This document shows, piece after piece, positions 27,607 through 37,066 of a stretch of DNA of 64,000 bases (position 1 is its first letter; the number at the start of each line of letters is the position of its first letter). The DNA is from Candidatus Micrarchaeota archaeon. GTDB taxonomy: Archaea; Micrarchaeota; Micrarchaeia; Micrarchaeales; CABMGC01. Made by a program: the position numbers and the translations under genes. The stretch is taken from assembly GCA_021850625.1 (NCBI GenBank), contig JAJZLJ010000027.1:23389-87388 (forward strand). Direction: 5' to 3'. The notes under the pieces were generated by a model that was given only the letters and a program-made list of their open reading frames with translations, ran no database searches and was not told the origin of the DNA.

Positions 27607-28419
27607 TTAATCACTGTTTTTATTATCGTTTTTATTGAGCTCTGCCTCTACAGATTCAACTGCGCCTTTGCTCCATATTGCAAGGCGTGGAATTCCACCA
27701 GGAGCTAGTTTATTTACTGTGAGTGAGCTTATTGCACAGACATCAACTCCTGGAATATTTCTGCCTGCTTTTTCAAGCTTTAATGAATTTTTAGCTACTA
27801 TAAGTATTGATTTTCTGAAACGTCTTTTATTTGAGCTCCTTGAAAGGCCCTTTCTTAATTTAGGCTTATGCGAGCGCTCTATATCGCTTGAGAGACCTAG
27901 CTTTTTGATTATGTTAAGAAGCTCCTTTGTCTTTGAGATATTCTCTAAATTATTTTCAAGCACTAATGGATAGCTAAACTTTTTGCCCAATGGATGTCTT
28001 TTTTCTATTGATTCTGTCTTTGATGAGCCAGCAATTGCCGAGCTTATAGCTTTAATATACTCTTTCCTGTTTATTCTTTCCTCTATTATCTTCTCTATCT
28101 TATGGGGGTGTGCTCTTTTTCCCTTTACGCTGGATGGTATTTTTCTTACATCTCCCATAGCTCCAGCTCCTAACTTCTGTCTTGGTCTTATTGCTATACC
28201 CATATGTCTTCCACGCCTGTACCCGCTATACTTTCCTACGTATACTGCAGTTGTATTGAGCCCTGCCATGAGATAATGTCCCTGTGGTTGATACTCCTTA
28301 CTAAGCTCGCTTAGTATAGCTCTCTTAACCAGATCCTCCCTAAACTCCATGTTAAAAACTTCTGGAAGTTTTATCTTTCCAGAAAGCTCTCCGTTTATTG
28401 TGTAAATATCTGCATCCAT
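27607..28419 (-). CDS. rpl4: 50S ribosomal protein L4 (uL4)
   Basis: GRHMGIAIRPRQKLGAGAMGDVR and the operon position support the call. Confidence 0.85.
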   Translation of the reverse strand: MDADIYTINGELSGKIKLPEVFNMEFREDLVKRAILSELSKEYQPQGHYLMAGLNTTAVYVGKYSGYRRGRHMGIAIRPRQKLGAGAMGDVRKIPSSVKGKRAHPHKIEKIIEERINRKEYIKAISSAIAGSSKTESIEKRHPLGKKFSYPLVLENNLENISKTKELLNIIKKLGLSSDIERSHKPKLRKGLSRSSNKRRFRKSILIVAKNSLKLEKAGRNIPGVDVCAISSLTVNKLAPGGIPRLAIWSKGAVESVEAELNKNDNKNSD

Positions 28420-28423
28420 TCAA

Positions 28424-29380
28424 TCACTGTTTTGATTCCAACGAGGTATATACTACCTGTGGTTCCTTTACCTTTGTCGTATTTCTTACTGCCTTTCTTA
28501 ATCGTATAAGTCTTTTTGCTGAGCCAGGTATGCTTCCATCAATAACTATGAAGTCATTTGCTATAGGACCATAATTTGTAAAGCCTCCTTTTATATTTAT
28601 TGACTGTGCGTCCTTTTCTCCGCCTACTTTTATGACTCGTTTATTAATCTCTGTTCTATAATTGTATCCTTTATGACCTGAGTGCGGCACTGTGTATAGT
28701 ACCTTAGGTGGATGCCATGCTCCTAATGTTCCTACATGTCTTACCTTACCTGTAGCTTTTCTGTACTGTCTTGAAACACCAAATCTTTTTATTACTCCTG
28801 CCCATCCCTTACCTTTTGAGATGCTTGATATATCTATATACTCTCCATTCTTTATGAAATTATTAATCTTTACCTCTTTGCCTAAAAATCCTTCTATGAA
28901 TGATAGTTTTGATGCGCAATCTTTTCCGCCAACGGGAATCTCAAAACGCATTACTCTTTTGCTTCCGAAATTCAAAGCACCAGCATCAAGATATGCTAGT
29001 GCTGTTACATCAACCAAATCATTTATTTTTGATTTGAAATTTGATAAATCATTTTTCTTGATTGTTTTTATTCCTACAGAGATTGCAAGCTTTTGATCAT
29101 ATACCTCTCCTGCTATTTCTTTGTATATGTATCCTTTTTTATAAAATCTTATTCCGTATAGATACACTTTAGGTATCTCTAAAACAGTTACTGCTCGTGA
29201 AACCTCAGTTCCTTTCGCAGGAGATTCGCTGTCGTCTATCATTATCATATGGGTCATGCCGGCTTTGAAACCTACAAAGCCCAAAAAAGAAGTTTCTGTA
29301 GTATTTAATACGGTTCTTACTCTAGGCAATAACTTCTTTGCACGCCTGTGTGGCCAGTACTCTAATGAACCTTTCCTCAT
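28424..29380 (-). CDS. rpl3: 50S ribosomal protein L3 (uL3)
   Basis: FVGFKAGMTH, GKGWAGVIKRFG and TLGAWHP are L3-like. Confidence 0.9.
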   Translation of the reverse strand: MRKGSLEYWPHRRAKKLLPRVRTVLNTTETSFLGFVGFKAGMTHMIMIDDSESPAKGTEVSRAVTVLEIPKVYLYGIRFYKKGYIYKEIAGEVYDQKLAISVGIKTIKKNDLSNFKSKINDLVDVTALAYLDAGALNFGSKRVMRFEIPVGGKDCASKLSFIEGFLGKEVKINNFIKNGEYIDISSISKGKGWAGVIKRFGVSRQYRKATGKVRHVGTLGAWHPPKVLYTVPHSGHKGYNYRTEINKRVIKVGGEKDAQSINIKGGFTNYGPIANDFIVIDGSIPGSAKRLIRLRKAVRNTTKVKEPQVVYTSLESKQ

Positions 29381-29412
29381 TACATAACCTCATAAAACAT
29401 TAAATATAAATT

Positions 29413-29664
29413 TTAATTTTTTCTTTGATTTTGAGTTGAATCTGGAATAATGCCTGAAACCTCCTCGACTATTTTTAATTTTCTTACTATGCTGCCTATT
29501 GATGATAAAAGTGACTTTGCATCCTTCGAGTTTATCTTTATTGAAATGCCATTTGAAAGTTTTGATAGTGTTGTTGTTGAATCTTCATATTGCTCAACTG
29601 TACCTATAACAGATAGATATTGTGCAGAATTATTGAGTTCAATATTAAGCGTTGCGGTTGCCAT
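29413..29664 (-). CDS. Small protein, possibly the KEOPS subunit Pcc1
   Basis: The 83-aa ORF contains LNIELN...ISIKINSKDAKSLLSSIGSIVRKLKIVEEV, which resembles the Pcc1 pattern (A.D...LRas.NS.lr). Confidence 0.4.
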   Translation of the reverse strand: MATATLNIELNNSAQYLSVIGTVEQYEDSTTTLSKLSNGISIKINSKDAKSLLSSIGSIVRKLKIVEEVSGIIPDSTQNQRKN

Positions 29665-29668
29665 AAAA

Positions 29669-30244
29669 TCATATCCTTATTCCTCTCTGTGCAGATCTTA
29701 CACTTGGTCTTGAGATTATTGTTGTATTGCCCTTGTGCAACATTCCTCTATGTTTAATACCTGAACTTGTAAGTCCCCTAAAGGCTCTTCCTTTAGAATG
29801 TACTAGATTATTATATTGTGAATTAGATAGAACAGCGCCATTAGTCCTGTCTACAAGAATAACCTCGAAAAATTTAAATCTTCCGTCTTCTCCAACGTAA
29901 TAAGAATTAAGCACCTCCATATTCATATATTTTCTAGATGCTCTTTCTTCTGCCATTGATTGTAATGATTTTTTATATGAAAAAAATCTTCCGTTCTTCG
30001 ATGGTTTTCTGCCACCGCTTGGTTTTTCTCTTTTCCTCATTCCTTTTCGTATACAACTTCTCACTATTATTACTCCTTGCTTTGCTTTGTAACCAAGTTC
30101 GCGTGCCCTTGCTATGTTTGTAGGTGCCTCTAATCTCTGAAGAGATGCTCCTTTTCGCCATAATGAAACACGGTCTTTTAGCACCTGTTCTCGATTTTTA
30201 TACTCGTTTTGAAAACTCTCTTTGATATATTTATATGCGCCCAT
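29669..30244 (-). CDS. rpl15e: 50S ribosomal protein L15e (eL15)
   Basis: MGAYKYIKESF...LWRKG...RLEAPTNIARARELGYKAKQG is L15e-like. Confidence 0.85.
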   Translation of the reverse strand: MGAYKYIKESFQNEYKNREQVLKDRVSLWRKGASLQRLEAPTNIARARELGYKAKQGVIIVRSCIRKGMRKREKPSGGRKPSKNGRFFSYKKSLQSMAEERASRKYMNMEVLNSYYVGEDGRFKFFEVILVDRTNGAVLSNSQYNNLVHSKGRAFRGLTSSGIKHRGMLHKGNTTIISRPSVRSAQRGIRI

Positions 30245-30482
30245 TCATAGCACCATGTCTGTCCACATTCGTAAATCTACATATTGTATGTAGAACGTAT
30301 TGCCCTGCGTGTTTTCCATTAGGTAATTTAACATTACCTATAACTGTTGCAGAAGCACTGCAGAATACTCAATATTTATAGTCAAACGTATTTAAATATC
30401 TTTTGCATAAGCCCATGTAAGTATATGTAATGCCTTCCTCTATCTTGCAATTGCTTTCTTTATGGTAACAACCTCCTACGAC

Positions 30483-30534
30483 GTGACATCCCCCACCTGT
30501 AAACGGCATGGGATTTCCAGCTCACGTTGTTAAA
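30483..30534. repeat. Copy B of the recurring intergenic hairpin element
   Basis: The sequence is GTGACATCCCCCACCTGTAAACGGCATGGGATTTCCAGCTCACGTTGTTAAA. The outer stem can be extended to ACGACGUGA/UCACGUUGU (from 30478). Confidence 0.5.
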
Positions 30535-30725
30535 GCTATAAGCTTCCAATGATGCTTTTTGATTGGTCATTATAAAACACCGAAATGATTCCTCGTTCAA
30601 CAATTCTATAAAATTCGCGTAGAAATATAGAGCAGTGAAACTACAATTTGAAAATATCTACAATTGAATATATAAATAGGTAAATAAATAAAGAGATAGA
30701 TGTAAAAAATACAGAAAGCGTAAGA

Positions 30726-31973
30726 TTGATGTTCATGAAAGTTATAAATGAAACAAAGAGTTATGAAAAACCTCAGGTAAACGCAATAAAAAGTATAGCA
30801 AGAGCAACTGTAATGGCCTCTGCTTTTATTGGTGCACTTAGGGTCTCAACAACCACTTATGGCGCTACTAATTATTACGTTAACGGAGCAATGAGACAGG
30901 ATATTTTAAAACACGAAACCATAGAAAAACAAAAAGTCCCTATGTACTTTATACCAAAACACCTTTATAAAGGAACATGGCATTCTGGACTTGACCAACA
31001 AAATATGCCATTTAGCAGATATTATAAACTCGGGGTGGAAAATTACAAAGATGCAGGATCGCACCCTAACACAGAGTTAAATAGAATGAAACAGTTTGCA
31101 CTTCTTTTAATAAATATGGATAGAATTTCGCATGGAATCCCTCCGGTAAATAAGGTCAATATAGCTGCAGCACAACAACACGCGAACAGCATGTTTGTTA
31201 AAAATTACCTTTCTCACTGGGATACTCATGATCGATTGCCGTATATAAGAACTGCCCTTTCAGGAGATTTATATGGAACTAACGAAGATGTGGTCAAGAC
31301 AGGCAATAGGCATAACAATGAACGTAATGGAAACTTTGCAAAAAGTATAACTAATGATTTATGGCAGATGATGTTCCATGACGGAAACTCGCGTGAAGGA
31401 CATAGAAATGATATACTTAATCCATATCATACTGGAGTAGCTATTGGACTAGATGGAGGAGGACAGTTCAATATAGTTGCAATGGATCTTGAGTTTGTTA
31501 ATCAATATGTAAAGTGGAAGAAAAAACCTACATTTAAAAATGGGATTCTTAGTTTTGATGGAAAATTAATAGATCCGTCAGGGGTACTTAACAGATTTGG
31601 AGGTATTGCAATATGCTATAATAAACCTCTGCATTATGTCTCACCAGAAACACTTAATGCTGAAGTAGCAAATGGAAAAAAAGCCGCGTATTGGTTTATT
31701 AATAAAATCTCTGGTATTGATGCTACAGCGCATGTTCCATATACTCAATATAAAGAAGGACTACATACTAATTTAAGTGCGAAGATGCTTGAACAAAAAT
31801 TTACAAGAAATATTATAAAAGCCAAAATAGATATGAGCAATCCTATCAGCAAGTTAGGCAGTGGAGAGTACACAATGGTAATATGGATGCGTGGAGATGA
31901 AAGTGGCATCTATGCAGAAAATGTGCAGAACCTACCGTTGATAGCAGAGTATGTATTTATAGTAAAAAAGTAA
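30726..31973 (+). CDS. Secreted or membrane-anchored CAP/SCP (PR-1-like) domain protein
   Basis: An N-terminal hydrophobic segment is followed by INMDRISHGIPPV...AQQHANSM...LSHWD...GHRNDILNPYHTGVAIG. The start is ambiguous (TTG 30726, ATG 30729 or ATG 30735). Confidence 0.55.
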   Translation: MMFMKVINETKSYEKPQVNAIKSIARATVMASAFIGALRVSTTTYGATNYYVNGAMRQDILKHETIEKQKVPMYFIPKHLYKGTWHSGLDQQNMPFSRYYKLGVENYKDAGSHPNTELNRMKQFALLLINMDRISHGIPPVNKVNIAAAQQHANSMFVKNYLSHWDTHDRLPYIRTALSGDLYGTNEDVVKTGNRHNNERNGNFAKSITNDLWQMMFHDGNSREGHRNDILNPYHTGVAIGLDGGGQFNIVAMDLEFVNQYVKWKKKPTFKNGILSFDGKLIDPSGVLNRFGGIAICYNKPLHYVSPETLNAEVANGKKAAYWFINKISGIDATAHVPYTQYKEGLHTNLSAKMLEQKFTRNIIKAKIDMSNPISKLGSGEYTMVIWMRGDESGIYAENVQNLPLIAEYVFIVKK

Positions 31974-31978
31974 ATTGA

Positions 31979-34900
31979 TTATACCTTTGGATTGTTAATG
32001 CTTTCTGTCATGCTTCCGCCATAAATAGAACCAGGAAGAGTAGCTATCACAGATACTGCAGCTTTTCCATGTGTAATATCATACATCGAATATTCATAAT
32101 TAGATTGTCCACCTTTACCGTATAAAAATTTACCGTCAGACGTTTCAGGCATAGGGAAAACGAAATAAGTTAAGTCGGCAGTGAACGGATTTAGAGAATA
32201 TGAAGTAAGAGTATTTGTTATTAAATCATAACCGGCACCCGTTTGCGCCACAGTATTTTGTTGGTTATATTTATTAAAAAAGCCATACGTACACTCCAGA
32301 TAGAGATATGTATCATTAGGAGAAAGTCCAGCCATATTACAACCCTCTTGTGGTGATGTACTATTTAAAAATGAAGGAAATGGAAGTTTTGTTACGACTG
32401 CATTGTTTAAAGATATTTTATATAGTTCGGATGGGTATAGAGCTGGCGGTGGCCCAGCAATAGCATAAGCATATCCTCCATTAGGATCTACAATAAATGC
32501 TGTTGGATTTATACTATCATTAAAAAGATTTAATTTTTGGAGTGAAGAAATTGAACCGCTCGGAGCTATTGTTATCTGATAATATCCAGACAAACCAGTG
32601 TTATTATTATCAGTATAAAGCGTAGCATCTTTTTGTAAAGCTGGTAATACGCTAAGGAGATCATTTTGAATATTCTCACAGGAACTAGAAGAATAATAGT
32701 GTTGTACACACATCCCACCATCAGAGCCATTTATTATTGTTGTTGCGTGAGCTACAGCATTATAGTATGTTTGTGCAGAGAAGTATCCAGGATAGAAATC
32801 TAAATATGCATATAGATATGTATTATTATTTGCACTTCCTGCAGAAATTAAACTATAAGATAGATTAGCAACAGGATTCATAATTCCAAAATTATTTTCT
32901 ACATATGACCATATAGAACTAGTTACATTGGTTAAAACATGTATAGTATTTAGATTTTTGCTTGATTCCAATATATAATATCCTGAAAAATTTTGTTCGA
33001 ATACATCTAGTGAAGGGGAATATGTAAAGATTGTTGAAAAAATATCGGATGAATTTGCTCGGTTATACCAAGCGCTGGAAAACGGATATTTTGGACTGTC
33101 ATTATTAGGATCTGCACTTTTTACGTATGCGAAGCCCGTAGATACAGTACTATTAAGAAGGTACCCTTTGAAAGAAGAAAAGGATATAGAATTCCATCCA
33201 ATAAAATATCCATTATTTTTATTAGAAAGAGTGGTAGCGCTTAGAGGATATATAACATGGTAGGCATAAGGGCTGTGTAATGAAGCAGTGTATATCGGCT
33301 CTGAATAAGTGAAATTTGGTCGGAGAAGATAATTTGCATTAATTCCCGATGTATTTATAGATGCAGGGAATACTGAAGTGCGTGAAGTGTTTTCTATTAA
33401 AGGAAAGAAGGTTCCGCTATAAGAATATTGCGATGAACCGGACAAAAATGAAATGCCCCAATTGAGAGATCCTTGACTTCCCTGAATTTTAGAGATTGTT
33501 ATAGGATAGTTATATGCTGTTTCGTAGACAGAATAATTATAAGAATCTGCCCATGGGCTGCTAAAAGAAAAAGAAGCATTATAATCTGGTCCTATAAAAT
33601 AAGAATTGGTAATGTTGCTGCATACGGGTATTGCTGCTGGTGGAGGGTGTATAGACATTGAAAAAAAGTCTAAAGAAGTTAAATTAACATAGCCTGATTC
33701 AGAATAAAGATATTTATTGTCTGGTGTTAAAGATAATTTTCCATATACTTTAAAGGAACTAGAATTAAGAGTTAGTTGTGTGACATTATCGGTTAAAAGA
33801 TTAGCACGAAATAAGGCTCCACTAGCATCGTCAGTATATGCATATGTTCCATTTCCTGTTATTGCTATTCCTGTAAGATTATATGAGGTTGGTACCTGAA
33901 TAATATTTGTTATTGTTTCAGATTGCGATGGTATAGTGCTGAAACCTACTAAAAAGTTAGACGCGGTTATATATGCGGAGTCATTATTCGGATATAACGC
34001 AATTGCTCCATTTGGCTGTTCATTTGCAACAGTTACTATGTTATAAACCGAGGGAGTAGCTCCAGTAAAGTTTACAATGTAAAGAGTTCCTGTTGAGTTA
34101 GCAGCAGTAGCGTTTGAACCTGAAAGTATATATAAATATTTTCCATATTTTTCATCTAGTGCAGCGTCGGCAACAAAACCTACTTTTCCGGCATTACTCT
34201 GATTTAATATTACATATGTATAATCACTGTTTTGAAGATTGTAATCGTTACCTGTTGAGATTACTGATTGTGCAACTTGAGGAGATATTGCAGACGCTAT
34301 TATAGTGCTCGGAATTTCAGAAGAAACTGGTCCAGTGAAATTTTCATAAATGACATACATAGTACCGCTATTTCCTATAGCGAGATATACGGGAATGTAT
34401 GAACTGACATCAAATAAAGAAGGTTTGTTTAATATTGTTCCGACAAGACCATAATTACTTTCATTGATTATAGAAATTCCTGTTGTTCCATTCTTTGCAT
34501 ATTGTAATGTATAGATATATCCATTATGTGACGCAGAGTACATACCAAGCAAGCCTTGTGAAGTCATAGCACTTTGTAAAGCTAAATATGAACTACTGAG
34601 ATAATAACCATCAAACACTGGTGAAGCATTAAAAGTAAAATTATAATCTGTAATCAATTGTTGTGATTGGGCAAAAGTTGGTATCATTGAATGCATTTCA
34701 TCATAAACATTTAATACGGCAGCTGGGGCATCTGTAAATGATGTGGTGGTAACGCTTGGAACATACATGTACGTATTATTTACTGTACACCACGGAGTAT
34801 ATGATAAAGGACCGGTGGTTGATGTTGAAAGAGAGGTTGATGTTGAGGTGGAGGAAGAACTAGAAAATATTGATGATGAGGATGAAGAAGAAGAGGAAAA

Positions 34901-35614
34901 AAATGTTGAGGAGGATGAAGAACTTGAAGATGAAGAAGAGGATGGGGAGGAAGATGAAGAGAAAAATGTTGAGGAGGATGAAGAACTTGAAGATGAAGAA
35001 GAGGATAATGAAGAAGGTGGACTGCCGCCGCTAGGACCAGGATTAGAGATTATTGGTGTTCCGCCAGGTGGTATATTAATTATGCCATCTTGCAAAAGTG
35101 TACTTACTGGATATGCATAACTTACTGAAGACCCAGTAGTTGAAAAGGAGTCTAAATTAGATGGATTATTGCAATTTGTCGAAAGGCATTCTTTATAATT
35201 TAAAAAAAACTGTGGTTCTAATTGTGTTCCTGTTTTAGGGATGTAACCAGTAATTATTGCAACACATGTTATAGTAGTTCCTTCAGATGCAGTTGAAGGA
35301 TTGCAGGAACCTATTGTGTATGATGAGGTAGGAGTAAGTTTTACCGAAAATTGCGATGAAGAGGTAAAAAATATTGGCTTTCCAAGATTATTTGTAAATG
35401 CAAGTATTACAGTTGAACCTAAAGAGTTTGTGCTGATTATAAGCTGATAACATTGAAATCCTGTAGAAATATAACAATATGAAGGACTATATGTTGTTGT
35501 AGGCGCGTTAAAAAAAACCATGTATAAAATAACCACTGCGGCTATGAGTATTATCAATGCCCAAGAATATGAAGTTAAATACTCAAATGCAGATTGAAGC
35601 TTTGATTCTTTCAT
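31979..35614 (-). CDS. 1211-aa surface protein with a class III (type IV pilin-like) signal peptide, a poly-Ser linker and beta-propeller-type repeats
   Basis: The N-terminus is MKESKLQSAFEYLTSYSWALIILIAAVVILYMVF (a Q..EYL pilin-type motif plus a hydrophobic helix). A Ser-rich tract of about 60 aa follows. It has recurring LY/YAY/YLY motifs that resemble YVTN repeats. Confidence 0.6.
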   Translation of the reverse strand: MKESKLQSAFEYLTSYSWALIILIAAVVILYMVFFNAPTTTYSPSYCYISTGFQCYQLIISTNSLGSTVILAFTNNLGKPIFFTSSSQFSVKLTPTSSYTIGSCNPSTASEGTTITCVAIITGYIPKTGTQLEPQFFLNYKECLSTNCNNPSNLDSFSTTGSSVSYAYPVSTLLQDGIINIPPGGTPIISNPGPSGGSPPSSLSSSSSSSSSSSSTFFSSSSSPSSSSSSSSSSSSTFFSSSSSSSSSIFSSSSSTSTSTSLSTSTTGPLSYTPWCTVNNTYMYVPSVTTTSFTDAPAAVLNVYDEMHSMIPTFAQSQQLITDYNFTFNASPVFDGYYLSSSYLALQSAMTSQGLLGMYSASHNGYIYTLQYAKNGTTGISIINESNYGLVGTILNKPSLFDVSSYIPVYLAIGNSGTMYVIYENFTGPVSSEIPSTIIASAISPQVAQSVISTGNDYNLQNSDYTYVILNQSNAGKVGFVADAALDEKYGKYLYILSGSNATAANSTGTLYIVNFTGATPSVYNIVTVANEQPNGAIALYPNNDSAYITASNFLVGFSTIPSQSETITNIIQVPTSYNLTGIAITGNGTYAYTDDASGALFRANLLTDNVTQLTLNSSSFKVYGKLSLTPDNKYLYSESGYVNLTSLDFFSMSIHPPPAAIPVCSNITNSYFIGPDYNASFSFSSPWADSYNYSVYETAYNYPITISKIQGSQGSLNWGISFLSGSSQYSYSGTFFPLIENTSRTSVFPASINTSGINANYLLRPNFTYSEPIYTASLHSPYAYHVIYPLSATTLSNKNNGYFIGWNSISFSSFKGYLLNSTVSTGFAYVKSADPNNDSPKYPFSSAWYNRANSSDIFSTIFTYSPSLDVFEQNFSGYYILESSKNLNTIHVLTNVTSSIWSYVENNFGIMNPVANLSYSLISAGSANNNTYLYAYLDFYPGYFSAQTYYNAVAHATTIINGSDGGMCVQHYYSSSSCENIQNDLLSVLPALQKDATLYTDNNNTGLSGYYQITIAPSGSISSLQKLNLFNDSINPTAFIVDPNGGYAYAIAGPPPALYPSELYKISLNNAVVTKLPFPSFLNSTSPQEGCNMAGLSPNDTYLYLECTYGFFNKYNQQNTVAQTGAGYDLITNTLTSYSLNPFTADLTYFVFPMPETSDGKFLYGKGGQSNYEYSMYDITHGKAAVSVIATLPGSIYGGSMTESINNPKV
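34899..35006. repeat. Tandem duplication inside the poly-Ser coding tract
   Basis: An identical 45-mer (aaaaatgttgaggaggatgaagaacttgaagatgaagaagaggat) occurs at 34899-34943 and 34962-35006, giving a 63-nt period. Confidence 0.85.
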
Positions 35615-35680
35615 TAAAACAATATTAATAAAATATATAAATTTAAATATACTTTGTTTTGAATATATTTTTGTAGTTAT

Positions 35681-35730
35681 ACGACATTATCACACCTGTA
35701 AACGATGTTGGCTTCCTGTGCATAATTTGA
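35681..35730. repeat. Copy C (more divergent) of the recurring intergenic hairpin element
   Basis: The sequence is ACGACATTATCACACCTGTAAACGATGTTGGCTTCCTGTGCATAATTTGA. It shares ACGAC, CACACCTGTAAACG and TTCC with copy B. The stem is AUUAUCACA/UGUGCAUAAU. Confidence 0.4.
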
Positions 35731-35759
35731 TTATTTTATAAATATAAAAAGGCTGTTGT

Positions 35760-36932
35760 CTAAACAATAATCTTCGCATTGCCTTTTAGGAAAAGATATA
35801 CGCTAACACCAGTAGGAAGTTCGACTATTTGATTTTTATAAGGACCATAAATTTCTCCGTTCATAGTTAAGGTAGTTGGTAGTTCTGCAAGAACCTTTAA
35901 ATTTCCTTTCTTAAAAGCTATTGTATCAGACATGGGATCAAAATTTGACAGTTCAGAAAATTTTATTTTCTTTGAAATAAGGCCTGTTTCTCCATGTATT
36001 GTATTTGGAAGACGTACCATATGTGAAGGATCATTTGTAACATTTTTATCTATTTTATCACTTTGTGAAATTGCCTGATTGAGTATTACCTTCTTCCAGA
36101 ACTCCTCCTTGTTTTTTATGTATACTATATCCCAATTTCCATTATTTATGCCCATTTCTATAAGAGATCTTTTTTTGTAAAGATTTCTTGCTATTTTTTT
36201 ATCTATGCCTATTAATTCTAAACTTTCAGGACCTTTTCCTAGTTCTTTTATAAAATTTCGTGCTATTTTTCCTTTCCAGCCCTTATCTGAAATTTTAGGT
36301 CCAATGAGTTTCTTTCCAGTTCTTCCGCTCTCACGTTTAAACTCCTCCATTGTAAAGAAATCCTCAAATGCCATACCTGCTCCTGAAATATAATTGCTTA
36401 TCTCCTTTCTTGCATTTCCATCAAGAGATAACGTACTTTCTTTTTTAATATGAATATGGTATCCTCTATTACCACTAAAATTTATCTCTAGTTCATTTAA
36501 AGAAAAACCAAAGTCTGGAATCAAAAACTCTTCTACAAGTTTGATTACTTCTTTCTTTACTGCTGAAAGACACTCAGTGCATACAAAGGAGGTACCATGC
36601 ACCAATTGACAACTTAATTTCATGTCTGTTGCATCAAGATCGAAGACAAGTTCCGAACCTAGCCATTGTTTATTCTCCATTGGACGATAAGTAGGATATT
36701 TGTAAAATGCAGTAGAACAAGATACGAAAGGTGGTGTTTTCTTAATTAAATACTCTTTAAACTCGTTATTACTTAAAAATGAAAGATGTCTAAATCTGAT
36801 CTTTGTTTCATAATCTCCTACGCCGAATTCTCGTTGTGATATGCGTTCGGGATAAAAACCCTCTGCATTAGAATAATACTCGCTTATAAGTTTTGAGACA
36901 AGCTCATAACCATGTGATCTTTCAATTTCCAA
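35760..36932 (-). CDS. priS: DNA primase small (catalytic) subunit PriS
   Basis: The AEP motifs ELVFDLDATD and FSGNRGYHIH are present. The start is TTG. Confidence 0.85.
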   Translation of the reverse strand: MEIERSHGYELVSKLISEYYSNAEGFYPERISQREFGVGDYETKIRFRHLSFLSNNEFKEYLIKKTPPFVSCSTAFYKYPTYRPMENKQWLGSELVFDLDATDMKLSCQLVHGTSFVCTECLSAVKKEVIKLVEEFLIPDFGFSLNELEINFSGNRGYHIHIKKESTLSLDGNARKEISNYISGAGMAFEDFFTMEEFKRESGRTGKKLIGPKISDKGWKGKIARNFIKELGKGPESLELIGIDKKIARNLYKKRSLIEMGINNGNWDIVYIKNKEEFWKKVILNQAISQSDKIDKNVTNDPSHMVRLPNTIHGETGLISKKIKFSELSNFDPMSDTIAFKKGNLKVLAELPTTLTMNGEIYGPYKNQIVELPTGVSVYLFLKGNAKIIV

Positions 36933-37066
36933 TTTATCACGTAATTATTACATAGAAAAAAACTATAAGTCTTAACGGTTTGTACCACTATTTGAGCGTA
37001 CAGCAAATAATTCTCTGGAATATCTATGGATATTAATTAATAGATAATTTTGTTTTATACGATAAC

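Noticed and set aside
30245-30480. Considered whether the hairpin-rich rpl15e upstream region is an SRP or RNase P RNA gene.
   Set aside because: It is too short. It also lacks the conserved RNase P CR-I (GGAAAGUCC-like) and SRP helix-8 motifs, so it is reported only as a structured leader candidate.
34743-35120. A 125-aa Glu/Asp-rich ORF on the plus strand.
   Set aside because: It is the mirror image of the poly-Ser tract (TCN/AGY read antisense gives GAA/GAT-type codons) of the 1211-aa minus-strand gene. It is a compositional artefact.
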